NCBI GenBank assembly: GCA_031432545.1
Contig: JAVKGX010000001.1
Coordinates: 390,411-454,410 of the forward strand
Reading direction: 5' to 3'
DNA from: Candidatus Caldifonticola tengchongensis
Lineage (GTDB): Bacteria > Sysuimicrobiota > Sysuimicrobiia > Sysuimicrobiales > Sysuimicrobiaceae
DNA: 64,000 nucleotides
The notes beneath the pieces were generated by a model. The model was not told the DNA's origin, did not search any database, and was given only the letters and a program-made list of their open reading frames with translations. Position numbers and translations under genes: made by a program. Shown here one piece after another: positions 47,055-56,493 of this stretch. The first letter of the stretch is position 1; every line of letters begins with the position of its first letter.

Positions 47055-48028
47055 CCGAGACCGCGGACCGCCAGGACCGCGACCCCCCGCTGCGGTCGCC
47101 TGCGCCGCACACCGTCCCCCGCCCCGACTACCACGTCCACCTGGAGAACTACGCCCTCGATCGGGCGTCGCTGCTGCGGTTGATCGAAGCGGCGGCGGCT
47201 GCGGGCGTGACCGAGATCGGGATCACCGAGCACGCCCACAACTTCGTGCAGTGCCGTACCATCTATCCTCCCGACAACGCGTGGATCCACGGGCGTAACG
47301 TACCCGGCCGGCGCAACTGGGACGTCGACGCGTACTTCCGGCTGCTGGACGGCGCGCGCCGCGAAGGGCTACCGATCAGGGCGGCGATGGAGTGGGACTA
47401 CTGCCCCGGATGCGAGCGTGAGCTGGAGCGGTGGATCGGTGCCTACGACTGGGACTTCGCGCTGGTGGGCGTGCACTGGATCCGCGGCCGCAGCGGAGGG
47501 TGGTGGGGGTTCGACATCCCGGCGCAGCGCGGGGAGTGGGAACGGCACGCTCCGCAACAGGTGTACGCGGAGTACTTCCGGCTGCTGTGCGAGGCCGTGC
47601 AGACGGGTCTGTTCGACGTCCTCGCGCACCCCGACGTCGTCAAGGTGTTCGGGCACCGACCGTCTGGCGACATGCGGGATTGGCACGAGCGGGTCGCCGC
47701 TGCGGCGTCGTGCAAGGGGCTGTGCGCTGAGGTGAACACCGCGGGGTGGCGCAAGCCGGTCGGTGAGCTCTACCCGTCTGCCGACCTGCTGGCTGCGCTG
47801 CGTTCGGCAGGGGTTCCGATCGTGATCAGTTCCGATGCCCACCGCATCGAGCACGTCGGCTATGCGTTCGAACGGGCGGAGGCGATCGTCCTCCAAGCCG
47901 GCTACACGACGCGCTGCCGCTTCGAGCGGCGTCGGCGGCAGGAAGTCCCCCTGTTGCGGCCGACTCCCGGACTGCCGCCGACAAAGACACCGGGTCCATC
48001 CAAGCGGGACGAACCCCCGTCGGACTGA
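47051..48028 (+). CDS. PHP-domain phosphoesterase (HisJ/histidinol-phosphatase-like)
   Basis: ATG overlaps the metallophosphoesterase stop (ATGA). DYHVHL metal-binding start of PHP fold. TEHAHN. C-terminal SSDAH motif. Confidence 0.75.
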   Translation: MTETADRQDRDPPLRSPAPHTVPRPDYHVHLENYALDRASLLRLIEAAAAAGVTEIGITEHAHNFVQCRTIYPPDNAWIHGRNVPGRRNWDVDAYFRLLDGARREGLPIRAAMEWDYCPGCERELERWIGAYDWDFALVGVHWIRGRSGGWWGFDIPAQRGEWERHAPQQVYAEYFRLLCEAVQTGLFDVLAHPDVVKVFGHRPSGDMRDWHERVAAAASCKGLCAEVNTAGWRKPVGELYPSADLLAALRSAGVPIVISSDAHRIEHVGYAFERAEAIVLQAGYTTRCRFERRRRQEVPLLRPTPGLPPTKTPGPSKRDEPPSD

Positions 48029-48045
48029 AGCCGGGCCCGGTCGCC

Positions 48046-48894
48046 CTAGCGGTGGCGGATGGCGATCTGCTGGGCGGCGCGCGCCACCACGCGCCGGAGC
48101 CCGGGCGGGTGGAGTACCTGGAACCAGCCACCGTAGCCCATCAGCCGGGGCCACAGTTCGTGGACGGTGCGGACGTGATAGACGAGCACGAAACCGCCCT
48201 GGTGCTCATAGTCTGCCACCAGTTGTCCAGCGGCGCGATGCCGTTCGATCGCGGCGTGCAAGGGGTCGGTCCACACACGGACCATCTGATGGCCGGAGCG
48301 GGGCCGGGGCACCCACGCGTCGACTTTGAAGTCCGCGGGGCGTTCAAAGACTTCCGGCCCGATCCGGGCGGCGCGGATGGTGTCCAATGGCAGTGCGAGA
48401 TCTTCCCCCAAGGCCGGTTCACGCGCCACGAGGAACCACACGCCGCGCACCCGCAACAGTGCCAACGGCCAGATGGTGCGTTCCTCGGCGTCGGTGGCGA
48501 CGGCCGTCACGCGGCGGGCAGCCACGGCGTGGCGCAGCCGCGTGTACATGGGCGCGGCAGCCGGCGGGCGGGGCACGACTTCGGCGAACAGTGCCGTCTG
48601 GTGGGCCTTGTCAAATGGCGGATCGGACTCAGTGGCCGCCATGAACGCGCTGAGCCGGACCGCGTCGGATTCGTCCAACGCCAGGACCTCTGGGGGCGTC
48701 ACGAATGCCTCGCGCAGCGCGTAGCCCACACCCGGTATTCCGGTTACCGGGACGCCCCCTGCGGCCAGTGCTCTGACGTCCCTGTAGATCGTCCTCTTGG
48801 ACACCTGGAAGTGTCGTGCCAGGTCCGCCGCCCGCATCCTTCCGCGGGTCTGCAGCAGCAGTGGAATCGCCTTCCGGCGCTCGGTCCTGCGCAC
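48046..48894 (-). CDS. HTH + WYL-domain transcriptional regulator (YafY/PafBC-like)
   Basis: N-terminal HTH_11 (ADLARHFQVSKRTIYRDVRAL). Central WYL-like segment (RVRGVWFLVAREP). C-terminal WCX-like region. GTG 48894. ATG 48837 is an alternative. Confidence 0.7.
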   Translation of the reverse strand: MRRTERRKAIPLLLQTRGRMRAADLARHFQVSKRTIYRDVRALAAGGVPVTGIPGVGYALREAFVTPPEVLALDESDAVRLSAFMAATESDPPFDKAHQTALFAEVVPRPPAAAPMYTRLRHAVAARRVTAVATDAEERTIWPLALLRVRGVWFLVAREPALGEDLALPLDTIRAARIGPEVFERPADFKVDAWVPRPRSGHQMVRVWTDPLHAAIERHRAAGQLVADYEHQGGFVLVYHVRTVHELWPRLMGYGGWFQVLHPPGLRRVVARAAQQIAIRHR

Positions 48895-49035
48895 GGTTCC
48901 AACGTTCGAGGGCGGCGCTGCGCGAGCCTTGCGTACACGTGTTCGCGATACGCGCTGCGGGCGAACACACGTCCAGTGTTGACCCGCAGGACCCGCTGAT
49001 ATACTGGAGCCGTACCACCTCCTCTGGAGCCCGAC

Positions 49036-49398
49036 GTGTCGAACCCCTCGACCGAACTGTTTCCGATCGGCCTGGTGTCCCTTCTGACCGGTCTGCGGCC
49101 GGCCGTACTGCGCAGCTGGGAACGGCAGGGGTTGATCGCACCGGTGCGGGCCGGGCGCCGCAGACGACGGTTGTACTCCTGGCGGGACGTCGAGCAGATC
49201 CAGCACCTCCGCCACCTGATCGAGACGGAGAAGCTCTCTCCGCTGCAGGCGAGGGCCGCGGTTCAGGAGGGCTGGCCGCGCTTTACCGGGTGGGAGGACC
49301 GGTTGTGGATACGGCGCCGTCGGCCGCCCCGAAGGGGAGGGGCGCGGGTGATCAGTTTGCCTGAATCTGCCTTCCGGCGGGAGGATTTCGAGGAGTAG
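49036..49398 (+). CDS. MerR-family transcriptional regulator
   Basis: FPIGLVSLLTGLRPAVLRSWERQGLIAPVR HTH plus coiled-coil region. 120 aa. Confidence 0.75.
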   Translation: MSNPSTELFPIGLVSLLTGLRPAVLRSWERQGLIAPVRAGRRRRRLYSWRDVEQIQHLRHLIETEKLSPLQARAAVQEGWPRFTGWEDRLWIRRRRPPRRGGARVISLPESAFRREDFEE

Positions 49399-49552
49399 CC
49401 GGCCAAGACCTAGGGGCACCCTGACCGGGCTCCCCAACGCCGCCACCAGGTTTCACAGCGGGCCGACCTGGGCAGGAGGACCCCAACGGATGTGCGGTCG
49501 CCGGGAGCGGCTCGGCTCGGACGCTCCCGGAGCCGCCGGAGCGGGCGTTGCT

Positions 49553-51760
49553 TCATGCAGGCAGCGCCCGTTTCATTTCGCGGTGGCCCTCGCGCATGCG
49601 GAGGAACGCCTCGACGACCGCCGGATCGAAGTGCTTTCCGGCCTGCTCGCGGATGTAGGCGACGGCCTTGTCCTCCGGCCAGGCAGCGCGGTACGGCCGG
49701 TCCGAGGTCAGCGCGTCGTACACGTCGATCACCGCGAACACCCGTGCTGCCAGCGGGATCTGCTCCCCGCGCAGCCCCCTGGGATAACCGGTGCCGTCCC
49801 ACTTCTCGTGGTGGCAGTAGGGGATGTCCAGCGCCGGCCGCAGGAACTCGATCGGCGACAGCAGCTCGTAAGCGTAGACGGGGTGTCGGCGCATGACCTC
49901 CCATTCCGCTTCGGTCAACGGGCCCGGTTTGCGGAGGATGCTGTCCGGGATGCCGATCTTCCCGATGTCATGCAGCAGCGCCCCCCTCCGCACGTGCACC
50001 AGCTCGGCCTGCGGGATGCCGACGGCGCGTGCCAGTTCCAGAACCTGATTGGTGACGCGCAGGGTGTGCCCTTCGGTCTGCTCGTCCCGCAGATCCAGAG
50101 CGCGCGACCACCCCTCGAGGGTGGAATCGTAGGCCAGCGCGAGTTCCTGGTGGGAGCGCTGGAGGTCGGAGAACAGCACCGCGTTGTCGATCGCGATCGC
50201 AGTCTGGCCGGCCAGCGTCTCCAGGAACGCCATCCAGTCCGCATCCGGCTGCAGCGGGCGGCGGTGGAAGACCTCGAGCACGCCCCGCACCTGGCCTCGG
50301 GCAATCAGCGGAACCCCGATGTAGGTCACGAACCGCTCGGCGCCGATCGGGTGTGGCCGCATCGGATCCGGCAGGCTCGCCAGGTCAGGGACCAACACCG
50401 TGTGCGACTCCATGACCGGCCGGCCGGATACCCCCTCACTCAGGCGCACCGCCGGACGCTGCCCCTCGTCGGGGCGAAACCCCTTGCCGGCCGCGTACCG
50501 GAGCGTCTGCGTCGCTTGGTGCAGCAGCAGGATGTCGGTGGCATCGACGGACAGCAGCGAGGTCACCTGATCTGCGACTGTGTCCAGCGTGGTGGCCAGG
50601 TCGTGGGTCTCGATGATGGCCAGGTCGATCTGCCGCAGCGCGGCCAGCTGCTCAACCTGGCGCGCCACCCGCTGCCGCTCGCGCCGCAGCGCGGCCTCGC
50701 GCTGCTCGACCGCCTCGGCCATCCGGTCCAGCGCCGCGGCCACCCTCCCGATTTCGCCAGCATCGTGCCGGAGGTCGGTTCGCGCGGCGGACTCCCCCGA
50801 CGCCAGCCGGTCCGCGGCGGCGATCAGCCTGTTTACGCCCCGCAGGATGAACCGGTCGGCCAGCGTCCACGCAGCGAGCAGCGCGGCCAGGACGACGGCC
50901 ACGGCGACGCCGAGCCGGCCGGCCAGGTCGCGCCGCAGTTGTGCTAGCAGCGGGTCGCGGGGTATGCCGACGGCGACGAACGCCGCCTCCTGCGGTCCTC
51001 CCGGCAGCCGCTCGAACCCGTACACGCGTACCACGCCGTCCGGTCCGGCGAGTTCCGCGGAATTAGCCCCGGCGGCGGCGAGGAGGTGGCCGTCGCGGAG
51101 GGTCCGACCGGTGAGGCCTTCCGGATCGGGGTGCCGCACCAAGATGGTGCCGTTGGCATCGATCACCAAGATGACAGAACCGGCAGGCAGGGCGGCACGG
51201 GCGGCGACCTCCTGCAAACGGGCGAGGTCCAGGGCGGCGAACAGGACGGCTTGCACGCCTCCGGCTGCGTCCCGGAGCGGCAGGGCGACGTTGAGGGTGG
51301 GCTTGCCGGTTATACGGCCGATCTGGTACTCGCCGATCGCGAACCTTCCCGTGCGCACGGCCTCGCGGAAGTAGCGGCGGTCGGCGACGTTGACCGGTCT
51401 GCGCAAAGGCAGCGCGCTGCACGACACCCGCCCGTCGCGCTCGGCCACACCGAGGTTGGCGTAGCGCGGGTCGGCGGTGATCGCGGCTGCCAGCCAACGG
51501 TTGCACGCCGCATCCGACCGGTTCCGGACGACCCCGACTTGTGCGAGTGCGGCCAGGCTGTGGGCGGCGGAGACCACGACCCGTTCAAGATCCAGTGCGG
51601 CGAACCGCGCCACCTGCAGCGTCTGCCGACGGGCCTGCTCGGTGTTGTGCCGGTACCGCCCGCCCGCCTCGAACAGGAGCAGGGCGGCCAGCGGCACGAC
51701 CGCGATCAGGATGACCGCGGTGAGCCAGCCCCGGAGGCCGCCGGGAAGGGAGCGCCCCAT
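49553..51760 (-). CDS. multidomain sensor: periplasmic Cache-like domain, HAMP, GAF and HD-GYP phosphodiesterase
   Basis: Two TM helices flank a periplasmic domain of about 250 aa. HAMP. GAF. C-terminal HD motif (LLHDIGK) and HHEKWDGTGYP HD-GYP signature. Confidence 0.85.
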   Translation of the reverse strand: MGRSLPGGLRGWLTAVILIAVVPLAALLLFEAGGRYRHNTEQARRQTLQVARFAALDLERVVVSAAHSLAALAQVGVVRNRSDAACNRWLAAAITADPRYANLGVAERDGRVSCSALPLRRPVNVADRRYFREAVRTGRFAIGEYQIGRITGKPTLNVALPLRDAAGGVQAVLFAALDLARLQEVAARAALPAGSVILVIDANGTILVRHPDPEGLTGRTLRDGHLLAAAGANSAELAGPDGVVRVYGFERLPGGPQEAAFVAVGIPRDPLLAQLRRDLAGRLGVAVAVVLAALLAAWTLADRFILRGVNRLIAAADRLASGESAARTDLRHDAGEIGRVAAALDRMAEAVEQREAALRRERQRVARQVEQLAALRQIDLAIIETHDLATTLDTVADQVTSLLSVDATDILLLHQATQTLRYAAGKGFRPDEGQRPAVRLSEGVSGRPVMESHTVLVPDLASLPDPMRPHPIGAERFVTYIGVPLIARGQVRGVLEVFHRRPLQPDADWMAFLETLAGQTAIAIDNAVLFSDLQRSHQELALAYDSTLEGWSRALDLRDEQTEGHTLRVTNQVLELARAVGIPQAELVHVRRGALLHDIGKIGIPDSILRKPGPLTEAEWEVMRRHPVYAYELLSPIEFLRPALDIPYCHHEKWDGTGYPRGLRGEQIPLAARVFAVIDVYDALTSDRPYRAAWPEDKAVAYIREQAGKHFDPAVVEAFLRMREGHREMKRALPA

Positions 51761-51836
51761 GGCGTCGCTATGTCCTGAAGGCAGTGCGCAGCAACTCCGG
51801 TGCCACGCCGCAGCCGATTTCCTATAATGGCCGGGG

Positions 51837-53012
51837 ATGGCGATCTACCTCGACCACGGTGCCACCACGCCGACCGACCCCCGCGTCGTCGAGGCGATGC
51901 GTCCGTACTTCGGGGAGGCTTTCGGCAATGCCAGCAGCCTGCACGCGTTCGGGCAGGAAGCCCGCGCGGCGGTGGACCGCGCGCGGGCGCTGCTGGCGCG
52001 GGCACTGGGCGCTCGCCCGGCCGATGTCGTCTTCACGAGCGGGGCCACCGAGGCCGACAACTGGGCGGTGATCGGCTGCGCCCTGGCGAACGAGGACCGC
52101 GGCCGGCACATCGTCGTCTCCGCGATCGAGCACCACGCGGTCCTGGAGCCGGCGCGCTGGCTGGGCGAGCGCGGCTGGGAGATCACGGTCCTGCCGGTGG
52201 ACCGCCATGGGCGCGTCGATCCCGACGAGGTGCGGCGGGCGGTGCGGGACGACACCGTCTTGGTGTCGGTGATGCACAGCAACAACGAGATCGGCACCTT
52301 GCAGCCGGTGGCGGAGATCGCGCGGGTCGCCAAGGAGCGCGGGGCGCTGGTCCACACCGATGCCACCCAGTCGTTCGGCGCGATCCCGATCGACGTCGAC
52401 GACTTGGGGGTGGACCTGCTGTCGGCGTCCGCGCACAAGCGGTACGGCCCCAAGGGCGTGGGGCTGCTGTACGTCCGCAAGGGCACCCGCATCGCGCCCC
52501 TGCTGCGCGGGGGGTCGCAAGAGCGCGGGCGGCGGGCCGGGACGCAGAACGTGCCCGACATCGTCGGGTTCGCGCGCGCGATCGAGATCGCGCTGGACGA
52601 GCGCGGGGTCGAGCAGGCGCGGATCGCGGCGCTGCGCGATCGCCTGGTGGCCGGGCTAAGCGAGATCGAGGCGATGACGTACAATGGGCATCCGACCGAG
52701 CGCCTGCCCAACAACGCCAACGTCTCGTTTTTGGGCACCGAAAGCGAGTCGGTGCTGATGGCGTTGGACATGCGCGGCATCGCCGCCAGCAGCGGGTCTG
52801 CCTGCACGTCCGGCAGCCTGGAACCCTCCCACGTGCTGACGGCGATCGGGCTGGCGCCGGAGGTCGCCGTGGGGACCGTGCGGTTCACGCTGGGCCGCTG
52901 GACGACCGCAGAGGAGGTCGACGAGACGGTCCGGGCGATGCGGGAGATCGTGCCCCAGCTGCGCGCCGCCTCCCCGCTGTGGCGTGCCCGCCGGCCGACG
53001 CTGACATCATGA
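51837..53012 (+). CDS. cysteine desulfurase (NifS/IscS family)
   Basis: PLP lysine SASAHKRYGPKG. Catalytic loop SSGSACTSG. 391 aa. Confidence 0.9.
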   Translation: MAIYLDHGATTPTDPRVVEAMRPYFGEAFGNASSLHAFGQEARAAVDRARALLARALGARPADVVFTSGATEADNWAVIGCALANEDRGRHIVVSAIEHHAVLEPARWLGERGWEITVLPVDRHGRVDPDEVRRAVRDDTVLVSVMHSNNEIGTLQPVAEIARVAKERGALVHTDATQSFGAIPIDVDDLGVDLLSASAHKRYGPKGVGLLYVRKGTRIAPLLRGGSQERGRRAGTQNVPDIVGFARAIEIALDERGVEQARIAALRDRLVAGLSEIEAMTYNGHPTERLPNNANVSFLGTESESVLMALDMRGIAASSGSACTSGSLEPSHVLTAIGLAPEVAVGTVRFTLGRWTTAEEVDETVRAMREIVPQLRAASPLWRARRPTLTS

Positions 53013-53212
53013 TGCGCATCCCGTGGCAACCGGCGGGCCGTCACCGGTCGGTGTTCAGGGACCTGCTGGTGCGGACCGGCGTGCTCGGCGAGGACGTGAT
53101 GGACGCACACCTCGCTGCGTTGGCCATCGAGCACGGGGCAGTGCTGCACACCACCGACGGCGACTTCGCCCGGTTCCCCGGACTGCGCTGGGCCAACTCC
53201 CTCGCCCGTTGA
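53009..53212 (+). pseudogene. 3' remnant of a PIN-domain VapC toxin gene
   Basis: 67-codon ORF ...[46 protein letters not shown]... matches only the C-terminal half of VapC. The region that should encode the N-terminal PIN acidic residues is occupied by the end of the cysteine desulfurase gene. No vapB. Confidence 0.55.
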
Positions 53213-53355
53213 TTTCCGTCCCATCGGTTGCGATGATGCAAGTAGCCGGGCTCAGGGCGGGTGCGGCACGAGCGGCCCGCGTGCGCCCGGCGTTCGTGTG
53301 GTCGGCGCGCACCGGACAATTGCCGGTCGCGCCGAGACCGGGCCCGGGGAGGGCG

Positions 53356-53709
53356 ATGACCGACTACGTTCCTGTTCTGGTCCACCTGGCCGTGTCGATC
53401 GCGGTGGCGGTGGCGCTGCTCGGACTGCACGTGCTCGTCGGCGGCCGCCGGCCCACGCCGGAGAAGATGATGCCCTACGAATCCGGCGTGTGGCCGATCG
53501 GATCGGCCCGCGAGCGCGTCCCGATCCGCTACTACCTGATCGCGATGCTGTTCATCCTGTTCGACGTCGAGGCGGTCTTCCTATACCCGTGGGCGGTCGT
53601 CCTGCGGGAAGTGGGACCGACCGCGCTGTGGGCCGGACTGGTCTTCATCGCCCTGCTGGGCCTCGGCTATGTCTACGAGTGGGCGCGCGGAGGGCTGGAA
53701 TGGCGGTGA
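53356..53709 (+). CDS. nuoA: NADH-quinone oxidoreductase subunit A
   Basis: GGGGAGGG RBS. Three TM helices. YESG...IRYYL...FDVE...YPW motifs. Confidence 0.9.
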   Translation: MTDYVPVLVHLAVSIAVAVALLGLHVLVGGRRPTPEKMMPYESGVWPIGSARERVPIRYYLIAMLFILFDVEAVFLYPWAVVLREVGPTALWAGLVFIALLGLGYVYEWARGGLEWR

Positions 53710-54182
53710 TCGCTCCCGAAGACGAGGGCCTCAAGCGCAACGTCCTGACCACGACGGTCGACCGGATGCTGGCGTGGGCGCGCAGTTCGTCGGTGTGGCC
53801 GGTGCAGTTCGGGCTGGCCTGTTGCGCGATCGAGATGATCGCGACCACGACGTCGAAGTTCGACATCGCGCGGTTCGGGATGGAAGCGTTCCGTGCCTCG
53901 CCGCGCCAGTCCGATTTGATGATCGTCGCCGGCCGTGTCAGCCAGAAGATGGCGCCGGTGCTGCGGCACATCTACGAGCAGATGCTGGAACCGAAGTGGG
54001 TGCTGTCGATGGGGGACTGCGCGTCCTGCGGGGGCGTGTACAACAACTACGCCCTCGTGCAGGGCGTGGACAAGATCGTCCCCGTGGACGTCTACGTCGC
54101 CGGCTGCCCCCCGCGGCCGGAGGCGCTGCTGTACGGGCTGATGAAGCTGCAGGAGAAGATCCGACAGCGGGCGCGGCGATGA
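53700..54182 (+). CDS. nuoB: NADH-quinone oxidoreductase subunit B
   Basis: [22 protein letters not shown] Fe-S cluster N2 ligands. Confidence 0.95.
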   Translation: MAVIAPEDEGLKRNVLTTTVDRMLAWARSSSVWPVQFGLACCAIEMIATTTSKFDIARFGMEAFRASPRQSDLMIVAGRVSQKMAPVLRHIYEQMLEPKWVLSMGDCASCGGVYNNYALVQGVDKIVPVDVYVAGCPPRPEALLYGLMKLQEKIRQRARR

Positions 54183-54700
54183 CCCCGGTGCAGGAGTTCC
54201 TGGCCGAGCGCTTCGGGGAGGCCGCCATGGTGGTGCACGCGTTCCGCGGGGATGCCACGGTGACGGTCGCGCGGGAGCGGATCCTGGACGCGCTGCGGGC
54301 CGTGAAGGCGCGCCCGTGGGCGTTCGAGATGCTGCTCGACCTCACGGCGTGGGACCGCCACCCGGTTGAGCCTCGGTTCGAGATCGTCTACCACCTGCTC
54401 AGCCTGGAGCGCACGCAGCGTCTGCGGATCAAGACACCGGTGGCCGGCGACGACCCGGTCCTGCCCAGCGCGGTCGAGGTGTTCGCGGGCGCCGAGTGGT
54501 TCGAACGGGAGGTGTGGGACCTGTTCGGGATCCGGTTCGAGGGCCACCCCGACCTGCGGCGCATCTTGATGCCCGACGACTGGGAGGGCCACCCGCTGCG
54601 GCGGGATTACCCCCTGACGGAGGAGCCCGTAGAGTTCAGGGGGCACGTCCCCAAGGTGCCGAGCGAGATCGTCCCGCACGTCCCGCCCAGGCGCCGGTAG
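54179..54700 (+). CDS. nuoC: NADH-quinone oxidoreductase subunit C
   Basis: ATGA overlap with nuo[20 protein letters not shown] motif. Confidence 0.9.
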   Translation: MTPVQEFLAERFGEAAMVVHAFRGDATVTVARERILDALRAVKARPWAFEMLLDLTAWDRHPVEPRFEIVYHLLSLERTQRLRIKTPVAGDDPVLPSAVEVFAGAEWFEREVWDLFGIRFEGHPDLRRILMPDDWEGHPLRRDYPLTEEPVEFRGHVPKVPSEIVPHVPPRRR

Positions 54701-54816
54701 GGCGAACGATCCCGCTGGCCGCAAGCGGACGACCGGAGGCAGCGGACGCCCGAGGTGGACATCCGATACGCGAAAGGCGGTCGCCGGCGGCCCGGAGACC
54801 GGCGGCGCACAGGTCG

Positions 54817-55989
54817 ATGCTCACGCGTCAGACGTTGACGATCAACATGGGCCCCCAGCACCCCAGCACACACGGCGTGCTGCGTCTGGTGCTGGAGCTG
54901 GAGGGCGAGACCATCGTCTCCTGCCGTCCGGTGATCGGATACCTACACACCGGCATCGAGAAGGAGATGGAATTCCGGTCCTACCACCAGAACATCACAC
55001 TCGTCGACCGGATCGAGTACCTTTCCAGCTACCACGAGGAGATGGCGTACTGTCTGGCGGTCGAGAAGCTGCTGGGGATCGAGGTCCCCAAGCGGGCCCA
55101 GGTCATCCGCCTCATCATGTGCGAGCTCAACCGCATCGCCAGCCACCTCGTCTGGCTCGGGACGACGGGCATCGACCTCAACGTGAGCAGCCTTTTGATG
55201 TACTGCTTCCGGGACCGCGAGCAGTTCATGGAGATCTCGGAGATGGTGTCCGGCCAGCGGATGATGCCTGGGTACTTCCGGATCGGTGGCGTGCAGTGGG
55301 ACCTGCCGGAGGGGTTCTTCCCGAAGGTCCGGAGCTTTTTGGAGGAGCTGCCCCGCCACCTGGACGAGTACGAGGCGATGCTGACCGACAACCTGATCTG
55401 GCGGGAACGCCACGAGGGCGTGGCGGTGCTGCGCCCCGCGGACGCGCTCGCCTACGGCGTCACCGGTCCGGTCCTGCGGGGGTCGGGGATCGCCTACGAC
55501 GTGCGCAAGGCCTTCCCGTACTCCTCCTACGACGACTACGAGTTCGATGTCCCGGTCGGCCGCAACGGCGACGCCTACGACCGCTATCTCGTCCGCATGG
55601 AAGAGATGCGGCAGTCGCGGCGGATCGTGCTCCAGGCGCTGGACCGGCTGCCCGACGGCCCGGTGATCGCCGACGACCGCAAGGTCGCCCTCCCGCCGCG
55701 CGCCGAGCTGGTGCGGTCGATGGAGGCGGTGATCCACCAGTTCAAGCTCGTCAGCGAGGGGATCCACCCGCCGCCCGGCGAGGCGTACGCCGCCGTCGAG
55801 TCCCCACGCGGGGAGAAAGGCTACTACATCGTCTCCGACGGTTCCAACCGCCCCGTGCGCGTGCGGGTGCGGGCGCCTTCGTTCTCCAACCTGCAGGCAC
55901 TGCCCACGATGGTCCGAGGGGGGATGCTCGCCGACGTCGTCGTCGCGATCGCGTCCATCGACATCGTGCTGGGCGACGTCGACCGGTGA
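54817..55989 (+). CDS. nuoD: NADH-quinone oxidoreductase subunit D
   Basis: LTINMGPQHPSTHGVLRL start. Full-length 49-kDa subunit. Separate from nuoC with a 116-nt spacer. Confidence 0.95.
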   Translation: MLTRQTLTINMGPQHPSTHGVLRLVLELEGETIVSCRPVIGYLHTGIEKEMEFRSYHQNITLVDRIEYLSSYHEEMAYCLAVEKLLGIEVPKRAQVIRLIMCELNRIASHLVWLGTTGIDLNVSSLLMYCFRDREQFMEISEMVSGQRMMPGYFRIGGVQWDLPEGFFPKVRSFLEELPRHLDEYEAMLTDNLIWRERHEGVAVLRPADALAYGVTGPVLRGSGIAYDVRKAFPYSSYDDYEFDVPVGRNGDAYDRYLVRMEEMRQSRRIVLQALDRLPDGPVIADDRKVALPPRAELVRSMEAVIHQFKLVSEGIHPPPGEAYAAVESPRGEKGYYIVSDGSNRPVRVRVRAPSFSNLQALPTMVRGGMLADVVVAIASIDIVLGDVDR

Positions 55990-56486
55990 TGGCGATGCTG
56001 TCCGCGCAGGCGCGCGCCGACATCGAAGCGCTGAAAACCCGCTACCCGATTGCGCGCTCGGCGCTGGTGCCCGCACTGCTGCGGGCGCAGGACGAACTCG
56101 GCTGGCTGCCGCCGGAGGCGATGGCCGAGGTCGCGGCCCTGCTGGGGCTGAGCGTCGAGACGGTGGCCGAGGTGGCGTCCTTCTACTCGCTGATCTTCAC
56201 CGAGCCGGTGGGCCGGCACGTCATCCAGCTGTGCACCAACGTCTCATGCATGCTGGCGGGGTCGGACGCCATCCGCGCACACCTCGAGGGCCGTCTGGGG
56301 ATCCGCTCCGGGCAGACCACCGCGGACGGACGGTTCACCCTGCGGATCGCAGAGTGCCTGGCCGCCTGCGAGGAGGCGCCCTGCATGATCGTCGACCGCG
56401 AGCGCTATGCGCGGCTGACGCCGCAGCGGGTCGACGAGATCCTGAACGCAATCGACGGACAGCCGGCGCACGCCGCCGACCGCTGA
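55989..56486 (+). CDS. nuoE: NADH-quinone oxidoreductase subunit E
   Basis: Thioredoxin-like [2Fe-2S] motifs CTNVSCML and ECLAACEEAPC. Confidence 0.9.
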   Translation: MAMLSAQARADIEALKTRYPIARSALVPALLRAQDELGWLPPEAMAEVAALLGLSVETVAEVASFYSLIFTEPVGRHVIQLCTNVSCMLAGSDAIRAHLEGRLGIRSGQTTADGRFTLRIAECLAACEEAPCMIVDRERYARLTPQRVDEILNAIDGQPAHAADR

Positions 56487-56493
56487 CCACGCC

